In this document: one piece after another, positions 10,309 through 24,104 of the stretch
How positions within the stretch are numbered: position 1 is the first letter of the stretch
How the letters are laid out: the number at the start of each line of letters is the position of its first letter
NCBI GenBank assembly: GCA_015489035.1
Contig: WFMP01000074.1
Span: forward strand, 1 to 24,180
Reading direction: 5' to 3'
DNA length: 24,180 bases
DNA from: Candidatus Altimarinota bacterium
GTDB taxonomy: Bacteria > Patescibacteriota > Gracilibacteria > Absconditabacterales > Absconditicoccaceae
Made by a program: the position numbers and the translations under genes
The notes under the pieces: generated by a model
Seen by the model: the letters and a program-made list of their open reading frames with translations, nothing else
Told to the model about the DNA's origin: nothing
Databases searched by the model: none

Positions 10309-10369
10309 TTTAAATACATAATTTATAAAATAATTGTCGTAATTTTACAAAAATATCTTCATTTTACAA

Positions 10370-10939
10370 CTAAAATAATTTTTCTCTTAATTCTTTAAGT
10401 TGTTCCAAATCTTTCCTAATTATATCAATTTTACTAGGAGAATATAAAGCAACTGCCGGATGATATGATGGTAATAAATAAATATCTTCATCAAATGTAT
10501 GTCAATTAAATTCATTCAATTTTAGTATTTTTCCTCTATCCTGTGAAATTTTCAAGTTTGACATAAAAAAGTTCATACTAAATCTTCATAAAGTTACTAT
10601 TATTTTAAACTTTCATTCTATAATTTGTTCCAATAAGTACGGAGAACAAGCTTGTATTTCCTCTTTCTTTGGATCTCTATTTTCAGGTGGACGACACTTT
10701 ACAATATTTGTAATATAATAATCCTCCTGCCTATAAAATCATATTCATTCTAATATTTTCGTAAGTACTTTCCCACTTCTTCATACAAAAGGTTTTCATT
10801 GAATATCCTCTTCAGCACCAGGTGCCTCTCAAATAAATAAAATTTTTGAATTAAAATTCCCATCTCACATAATCGGAGAATTACAAGTTTTATATAATTC
10901 ACATTTTTTACATCATTTAATTATATTCTCTAAATCCAT
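10370..10939 (-). CDS. Uracil-DNA glycosylase family 4 (4Fe-4S), 189 aa
   Basis: C..C.L...C, GEAPGAEEDIQGKPFVGRSG, YITNIVKCRPPENRDP..EEI.AC, LGRFS, YHPA. Confidence 0.93.
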
Positions 10940-10995
10940 AATTTCTTTTATAAACTAAACAAATATAAAATAACAAAAAAAGAAATTAAATCAAA

Positions 10996-11023
10996 CAAAA
11001 AAACACAGACCCTCCGTCTGTGC
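10996..11023 (-). terminator. Intrinsic terminator downstream of rpoC
   Basis: Minus strand CACAGAC-GGAGG-GTCTGTG followed by TTTTTTT, about 10 nt after the rpoC stop. Confidence 0.85.
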
Positions 11024-11031
11024 CTTTGATA

Positions 11032-14856
<3,825 letters not shown>

Positions 14857-14881
14857 AAATATATCATTTTAAAGTATAAAA

Positions 14882-18436
<3,555 letters not shown>

Positions 18437-18459
18437 AATATTGTAAAAATATATTAAAT

Positions 18460-18489
18460 AAAAAAGACCTCACTAAAATTAAGTAAGGT
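18460..18489 (-). terminator. Terminator/attenuator-like hairpin directly upstream of rpoB
   Basis: Minus strand ACCTTACT-TAATTTT-AGTGAGGT (8 bp, one G-U) followed by CTTTTTT, ending 23 nt before the rpoB ATG. Confidence 0.6.
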
Positions 18490-18560
18490 AATAAATATTA
18501 AATACTACTAATTTTTAATATTTTTTCGAACATAAAATTTCTTAATAATTTATAATAAAA

Positions 18561-18716
18561 TTATTTTTTTACAACAGCAAGAGATTTTCTTCATTTTAAT
18601 AATCTTCTTTTCAAAACTCTCCTTCAAGATTTTGTAGATTTTCTAACAAGAAAACCATGAGTAGTACTTCTTTTTCTCCATCTATATTTTCTAATTCTAT
18701 TTAACTTTCCTGGCAT
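18561..18716 (-). CDS. rpmH: 50S ribosomal protein bL34, 51 aa
   Basis: [51 protein letters not shown] (HGF..R..T..GR.VL.RR..KGR..L). Confidence 0.9.
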
Positions 18717-18739
18717 AATTGTCTTTTAATATAATTAAA

Positions 18740-18937
18740 TTATTTTATATATGGTATTAATCCCAATTCTCTAGAATTAATAATTGCTTTTCTAACTCTT
18801 TTTTGGTATTTAACAGATAATTTAGTAAATTTTCTCATTTTAATATTACCAAATCTATTCAAAAAATGTTTCAATAATAGAACTGATTTCCAGTTTATTA
18901 GATGTTCATTATTCTTTGTAAAGATAGATTTATTCAT
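18740..18937 (-). CDS. rpsR: 30S ribosomal protein bS18 (divergent, no Zn-ribbon Cys), 65 aa
   Basis: INWKSVLLLKHFLNRFGNI...YQKRVRKAIINSRELGLIPY; position after rpsF-ssb. Confidence 0.9.
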   Translation of the reverse strand: MNKSIFTKNNEHLINWKSVLLLKHFLNRFGNIKMRKFTKLSVKYQKRVRKAIINSRELGLIPYIK

Positions 18938-18962
18938 TTTAAACTATAATAAAGATATAAAT

Positions 18963-19334
18963 TTATTCAATATTTTTCTCAACATCAGAATTCTCAGTGT
19001 ATTTTCTATTTAACAACAATAAATCATTAACTACAACTTCAGTAAGAATTCTTGCTCTTTCTTCTCATTCTATTTCAACTTTTCTATTATGTAAGTATCA
19101 TTTAATATACACTAAATCTCATTTGTGTAAAAGATTAACAGCTCTCTCTGCTAAATTTCCCCAACATACTAATTTATGGAATTGAGATTCTTCTCTTTTT
19201 TCTCCATCATTAGTAGTCCAAGTTCTTTTAGTAGCAAGATTAAACACTGTTAAACTTTGAGAAGTTTGTGTTTCTTTTAATAATGGATCATTAGCAATCC
19301 ATCATAATAATGTTACTTCATTTAATGTTCTCAT
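18963..19334 (-). CDS. ssb: Single-stranded DNA-binding protein (OB fold only), 123 aa
   Basis: LNEVTLLGWIANDP, FNLATKRTW, QFHKLVCWGNLAE, KGDLVYIKGYLHNR, TEVVVNDL; lies between rpsF and rpsR. Confidence 0.95.
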
Positions 19335-19360
19335 ATTGTTTACTTAATAAGTAAATAACA

Positions 19361-19753
19361 CTAAGCTTTTATTTCATTAAATATTCATGGTTTTGACAAA
19401 TCAGAGAAATCTATATTTTCTAATTCTTTTTCCATTTCTTTAAACTTTAAAAACTTTTGTGTATCTTTCATTTTAAATACTTTATATCTTACTACAGGTC
19501 AAACTATACCTAACTTTCTTTTAAATTCTTTCATAGAATCTCATTCAAGTTCTGTATGTAAAGAATAATAATAAGGATTTGATGAAGATCAAATTGAATA
19601 TAATGCTTCCATATAACCTATATCGTCTCTATCTAATACTTTTCATCCAAAATCTGAAATTAAAGTTTCAACTTCTTTTTTTGTTTCATCTATTTTATCT
19701 TGAGCATTTGCAGCATCAAATAATACTACAAGTTCATATTTTCATAAAGCCAT
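19361..19753 (-). CDS. rpsF: 30S ribosomal protein bS6, 130 aa
   Basis: KYELVVLFD, GGKVLDRDDIG...Y.I, YY..H.E, VVRY; synteny with ssb-rpsR. Confidence 0.88.
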
Positions 19754-19776
19754 TTTAAATAATTTATTAATTAAAG

Positions 19777-19813
19777 TAACCTTCAAAGGTTAACCTTACT
19801 AAACAGGTAAGGC
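19777..19813 (-). promoter_or_regulatory. Structured leader upstream of rpsF (two tandem hairpins)
   Basis: Minus strand GCCTTAC-CTGTTTA-GTAAGGT then TAACCT-TTGA-AGGTTA. A candidate promoter TTGGAT-N16-TATAAT (19848-19821) lies just upstream. Confidence 0.5.
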
Positions 19814-19821
19814 ACTGTATA

Positions 19822-20637
19822 TTATATAGAATATCTTATAACATCCAATAATTCATAATCTTCAGGGATAAGAGATTTCATTTTTTTTGATTCATCTCTA
19901 ATCCAAGATTGTTCTAATAATACAAGTTGAGAAAAATATTTGTTTGTTTTTCATTTAACTATATTATCAGCAATATTTGCAGGTTTTCAAGAAGCTATAA
20001 CTTCCTCTTTAAATTCTGCTACTTGTTTATCCATAACATCTTGTGGAATATCTTCCATTTTAATATATTCTGGATTCATTGCAACAGCTTGTAAAGCTAA
20101 TTCTTTAGAAACAGAATCTACTTCTGAATTATTAGAATTATACAAAACAACTCATACTACTTTATTTCCTGGGTGATTATAAATATAAGATTGTTTTCAA
20201 GATATTTTAAAAACATCTAACAATTTTACATTTTCTCATACTACAGAAACTGTTTCAGAAACTATATCGTTCAATTCTTTAAGATTTTCTTCAGATAATT
20301 TAGAAATATCAGATACATTTTCTACATCTAAAGATAACAATTTATCTAATATTTTATCAGCAAATTCTATAAATTGTTCATTTTTAGCTACAAAATCTGT
20401 TTCACAAGCTAATTTTACTCATACAACGATTCAATTTTCAGATTTTACTCTTACAACTCATTCATTAGTATCTCTATCAGCTTTCTTAGCAGCTTTGATA
20501 GCTCATGCTTTCTTTAAAACTTCTTGAGCTAAATCTAAATCTCAATTTGCTTCAATTAATGCAGATTTACAATCTTTTAAAGGAGCATTTGTAATTCATC
20601 TTAACTTTTTTAATAATGCAATATCTACTTTTGCCAT
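19822..20637 (-). CDS. tsf: Translation elongation factor Ts, 271 aa
   Basis: LLKKLRGITNAPLKDCKSALIEANGDLDLAQEVLKKAG..KAAKKADR.TNEG, LACETDFVAKN, GENVK, YIYNH.GNKV, LQAVAMNP. Confidence 0.97.
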
Positions 20638-20667
20638 ATTATTAATACAATTAATATAATAAATATA

Positions 20668-21096
20668 TTATTTAACTTTAAATTTAACATCAAATAATTC
20701 TAATATCCAATTACCTATTCACACAAAAAATGGTGCTAAAATTTTTTCTTTTCAATTTATCTCTATAACATATTTTCATTCCCAAGCCTGTTTTACAAAT
20801 ATAATCCACAAAACAAATATAGCTATAAACAATAATATTGGAATTATTCTTATAAATGGAATAAAAATAAATACCATAGATATGATAAAAAACAGAAAAA
20901 AGACAGTCCACCATCAAATAGATTGTCTTAAGTGAAATATTTCATATTTTGTAATTTCTTTTTTACTAAGAAATATAACTATTCATAATAAGAAATAACA
21001 TACTAACACTTTTTTTCTCTCTGATTCTGATGGTATATAATTATTTTGTAACATTTCTGTTACTCATAAATCTAGACTATCTTTATTTTCTGTCAT
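20668..21096 (-). CDS. Integral membrane protein, DUF4870/Tic20-like, 142 aa
   Basis: Three hydrophobic segments with YEIFHLRQSIGWW and AWEGKY...PFFVGIG. These resemble the 'FHAKQGL...A..G....P' pattern of DUF4870 proteins. Confidence 0.6.
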
Positions 21097-21102
21097 AAAA
21101 GA

Positions 21103-21780
21103 TTATTTTAATAAATAATTCAATATATACATAATACTTTCATACGAATTAGTATTAGCTACAATTAAATTATTTGTAGATAACCATCTAGACAAATCAG
21201 TATTAGCAATAGCTATATACTCAATTTTTGCCTTTTCTAATTCTTTAATAACTCAAGTATTATATTCAGCATCAACAACAATTACTAAATCAGGAACTTT
21301 TCTCAAATTAGTTACACCTTTATAAACTAATTCAAATTTAGCCAAATTTCTTTTAGTAATTAATTGTTCTTTTTTAGTTAACTTAGTAAATTTATCTGAA
21401 GAAATAAGCTTACTAAGACTATTCATTGCTCCAATACTTTTTGAAAAAGTTGAAAAATTTGTAAATAATCAACTTGGAACTTTATTATTTAAGAACAATG
21501 TATTTGAAGAATTACATATATCTTCAACATCATCTCTAAATACTTCTTTATCCAAAACTAATAATACATTTTTTCAAGCTTCCTTAAGTTTTTTGATTTT
21601 TTCTTTAGCAGACAACAACATTTCTGCTGTAACAGAAGGATCAATAACCATTTCTTTATTAACAACACCTAATGTACTTTTTTCAGTAATCTTAGGGAAG
21701 AATTTAGATCTAGTAGTTCAAATATAAACTTTATTTGAAATTAATCATTCTATTAATGCCTCCTTATTTAATTCAGACAT
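21103..21780 (-). CDS. rpsB: 30S ribosomal protein uS2 (highly divergent), 225 aa
   Basis: GLFTNFSTF (cf. GMLTNW.T), LTKKEQ, YKGVTNLRKVPDLVIVVD, IKE..K..I..IAIANTD, ANTNS..SI; upstream of tsf. Confidence 0.88.
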
Positions 21781-21810
21781 ATAAATTTATATTAAATTTT
21801 TAAATTCTAC

Positions 21811-22188
21811 TTATTTTAAATTAACTACTGCACCAGCTTCTTCTAGTTTAGCCTTTAATTCATCAGCTTCTTCAGCAGAAATTTTTTCTTTAATTACAGC
21901 AGGTACTTCAGCTATTTTTTCTTTAGCTTCTTTTAAACCTAATCATAAAGCTTCTTTTATAGCTTTAATTACAGCTATTTTTTTATCACCAATTTCAGCA
22001 ACTTCTACAGTAACTTTATCATCACCAGCTTCTTCAGCTCAAGCAGCAGCAGGACCAGCAACTACAGCAGCTGCAGCAGCAGAAACACCAAATTCTTCTT
22101 CTAATGCCTTAACTAAATCTGCTAATTCAACAACTGTTAATTCCTTTACCAAATCCATAATTTTTTGACTATTTTCTGTTAATGCCAT
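21811..22188 (-). CDS. rplL: 50S ribosomal protein bL12 (L7/L12), 125 aa
   Basis: [62 protein letters not shown]. Confidence 0.98.
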
Positions 22189-22217
22189 TTTAATTTTCTA
22201 ATAATAAATATAAATAA

Positions 22218-22754
22218 TTATTTTTGTTCCTTAATTTGATCTAATACCCTAACAAATCATGATAATAAGTTAGAATTAACTGTAACAAATCAAGTAATAG
22301 GGTATTTAACCATATACATAAACTTTCAAATAAGTTCTTCTTTTGACGGTAATGTAGCTAATACTGATACATAATCAGATTCTTGCCAGTTTCATTCAAA
22401 CCATCCTCCTAAGTACTCCAATTTAGAAAGAGCTTTTTCTTTTTTCCATATCTTCTTAAATTCCTCTACTATTTTTAAAGTTGAAATTCAATCATCTTGT
22501 AAAAACAATACAGATACAGAAGATGGTAACTTAGATAAGTCTACATTATATCATAGACTTTCAATTGCTCTAGAAAAAACTTTTTTCTTAACAACTTTAT
22601 AAGTAGCTCAATTATTTCTAAATTGTCTTCTCATCGCAACTGATTCTCATACAGGAATTGCGTCATATCACAAAACAACCATATTAAGAGAATCTTTAAT
22701 TAGTTGCTCATACTCACTAACTAATCTAATTTTATCTTTTTTAGTAAGAGCCAT
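22218..22754 (-). CDS. rplJ: 50S ribosomal protein uL10, 178 aa
   Basis: MALTKKDK...V, MRRQFR, YKVVKKKVF.RA, GGWFEG, LATLPSKEELIGK; directly upstream of rplL. Confidence 0.95.
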
Positions 22755-22771
22755 AACAAAGATTTAAAAAT

Positions 22772-22857
22772 AAAAAAATTCTCCATATCGGAGATAATAC
22801 TATAAAAAATATATAATACATCTCCCTTAGGATTTACAAATTACCTAAGATCTTCAA
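22772..22857 (-). promoter_or_regulatory. L10-leader-like RNA with downstream attenuator hairpin
   Basis: Minus strand GAAGAT-CTTAGG...CCTAAG-GGAGAT, resembling the Firmicutes L10 leader GAAGAC-AGUAGG...CCUAC-CGAGGU. It is followed by TCTCC-GATAT-GGAGA and ATTTTTTT. Confidence 0.7.
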
Positions 22858-22875
22858 TTTAATTTTAATAACAAA

Positions 22876-22949
22876 TGGGCCAGGTAGGACTCGAACCTAC
22901 GACCCAACGGTTATGAGCCGTTTGCTCTAACCAACTGAGCTACTAGCCC
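22876..22949 (-). tRNA. tRNA-Ile2(CAT) (lysidine type; elongator Met not excluded)
   Basis: GGGCTAG/CTGGCCC acceptor, anticodon arm AACGG-CTCATAA-CCGTT; body resembles Bacillus tRNA-Ile(CAU) as recalled. Confidence 0.85.
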
Positions 22950-22954
22950 TTAAA

Positions 22955-23031
22955 TGGTGGGTAATACAGGACTCGAACCTGTGACCCTCTGCTTGTAAGG
23001 CAGATGCTCTCGCCAACTGAGCTAATTACCC
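22955..23031 (-). tRNA. tRNA-Val(TAC), CCA encoded
   Basis: GGGTAAT/ATTACCC, arm TCTGC-CTTACAA-GCAGA. Confidence 0.96.
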
Positions 23032-23040
23032 ATATAAATA

Positions 23041-23112
23041 CAACCCTACGGGGAATCGAACCCCGATCTTCAGGATGAAAACCTGATATCCTAGCCGTTA
23101 GACGATAGGGTC
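23041..23112 (-). tRNA. tRNA-Glu(TTC)
   Basis: GACCCTA/TAGGGTT, arm TCAGG-TTTTCAT-CCTGA. Confidence 0.94.
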
Positions 23113-23120
23113 AAATGACT

Positions 23121-23192
23121 AGCCAGATGCGAGACTTGAACTCGCGACCCTTCGCTTACAAGGCGAATGCTCTACCACTGAGCTAATCTGGC
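23121..23192 (-). tRNA. tRNA-Thr(TGT)
   Basis: GCCAGAT/ATCTGGC, arm TTCGC-CTTGTAA-GCGAA. Confidence 0.95.
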
Positions 23193-23199
23193 AAAATGA

Positions 23200-23276
23200 T
23201 GGCGGGACTGACGAGACTCGAACTCGCGACCTCCTGCGTGACAGGCAGGCGTTCTAGCCAGCTGAACTACAGCCCC
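23200..23276 (-). tRNA. tRNA-Asp(GTC), CCA encoded
   Basis: GGGGCTG/CAGTCCC, G73, arm CCTGC-CTGTCAC-GCAGG. Confidence 0.96.
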
Positions 23277-23289
23277 ACAAAAGCGAAAG

Positions 23290-23547
23290 TTAAGAAACCT
23301 TCTTTGCTAATCTAGATTTTTTTCTACTTGCTGTTTGTTTTTTTAATAATCATTGTCTAACAGCTTTATCTATTTTTGAATATGTATCTGATAATATTAC
23401 ATTTAATTCTTTAGATTCTGTACCATCATCAACATTCTTCAAAAAAGATTTAACACTTTTTTTCATTGCTAACTTCACAACAAGATTAACTTCGTAATTT
23501 TTTAAAGCTCTTTTTGCTGCTTTTTTAGCAGATTTTTTAATAGCCAT
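23290..23547 (-). CDS. rpsT: 30S ribosomal protein bS20, 85 aa
   Basis: MAIKKSAKKAAKRALKNYEVN...MKKSVK...YSKIDKAVRQ-G(TGA)-LLKKQTASRKKSRLAKKVS. The conserved C-terminal helix appears only if TGA is read through. Confidence 0.95.
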
Positions 23548-23582
23548 TTAGTATATTTCAAATATTAAATTATTTAATCAAA

Positions 23583-23655
23583 CTCCGAGAGAGGGACTCG
23601 AACCCACGACCCAGTGGTTAACAGCCACTTGCTCTACCAGCTGAGCTATCTCGGA
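23583..23655 (-). tRNA. tRNA-Asn(GTT)
   Basis: TCCGAGA/TCTCGGA (U1:A72), G73, arm AGTGG-CTGTTAA-CCACT. Confidence 0.95.
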
Positions 23656-23665
23656 ATACCCCTGT

Positions 23666-23693
23666 AGTATAAAAAATACAAAGAAAAAATCAA
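23666..23693 (-). promoter_or_regulatory. Candidate internal promoter upstream of tRNA-Asn/rpsT
   Basis: Minus strand TTGATT (23693-23688), 16-nt spacer, TATACT (23671-23666), in the longest tRNA-tRNA spacer of the array. Confidence 0.45.
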
Positions 23694-23699
23694 GTCAAA

Positions 23700-23781
23700 T
23701 ACCGAGAGTGGGACTTGAACCCACACACTATAAAGCACCTGGTTCTAAGCCAGACGTGTCTACCAATTCCACCACCTCGGC
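23700..23781 (-). tRNA. tRNA-Leu(TAG)
   Basis: GCCGAGG/TCTCGGT, arm TCTGG-CTTAGAA-CCAGG, long variable arm. Confidence 0.94.
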
Positions 23782-23785
23782 ACAA

Positions 23786-23857
23786 TTGCGGGGGTAGGAA
23801 TTGAACCTACGATCTCCGGGTTATGAGCCCAGCGAGATACCACTTCTCCACCCCGCA
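23786..23857 (-). tRNA. Initiator tRNA-fMet(CAT)
   Basis: Anticodon stem with three consecutive G-C pairs (GGG-CTCATAA-CCC) and A11:U24; acceptor TGCGGGG/CCCCGCA. Confidence 0.93.
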
Positions 23858-23866
23858 TTAAACGAA

Positions 23867-23939
23867 CTGGGATGGTAGGACTCGAACCTACGAATACTGG
23901 ATTCAAAGTCCAGTGCCTTACCAGCTTGGCGACATCCCA
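23867..23939 (-). tRNA. tRNA-Gln(TTG)
   Basis: TGGGATG/CATCCCA (U1:A72), arm CTGGA-CTTTGAA-TCCAG. Confidence 0.95.
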
Positions 23940-23945
23940 ACAAAA

Positions 23946-24019
23946 AGCGGATGACGAGACTCGAACTCGCAACATTCTGCTTGGAAGGCAGATATTCTAG
24001 CCAATTGAACTACATCCGC
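23946..24019 (-). tRNA. tRNA-Gly(TCC)
   Basis: GCGGATG/CATCCGC, U73, arm TCTGC-CTTCCAA-GCAGA. Confidence 0.96.
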
Positions 24020-24104
24020 ATAATTTATTTTTTAAAGTTTAATATATATAGAAGGTAAAAGGCCGAAAAATTTGCTTGGTTATATTTCTTTTATTTGCAC
24101 TTGT

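Noticed and set aside
9150-10939. Genomic island or prophage integrated at tRNA-His/Cys
   Set aside because: No integrase, no duplicated tRNA 3' end (att site) seen, and no compositional shift in the flanks.
18502-18530. Possible rpoB promoter TTCGAA-N17-TAGTAT
   Set aside because: Only 3/6 and 4/6 consensus matches in a very AT-rich spacer, not distinguishable from background.
23583-23939. U1:A72 in tRNA-Asn and tRNA-Gln
   Set aside because: This is the ordinary GatCAB recognition element in bacteria using transamidation, so it is expected.
23760-23975. 71-aa minus-strand ORF
   Set aside because: It is a translation of the tRNA-Gly/Gln/fMet/Leu genes.
22876-24019. Repeated GGTTCGA/ACTCGAAC motifs resembling a CRISPR or repeat array
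   Set aside because: They are tRNA T-loops. There is no constant repeat with unique spacers and no cas gene.
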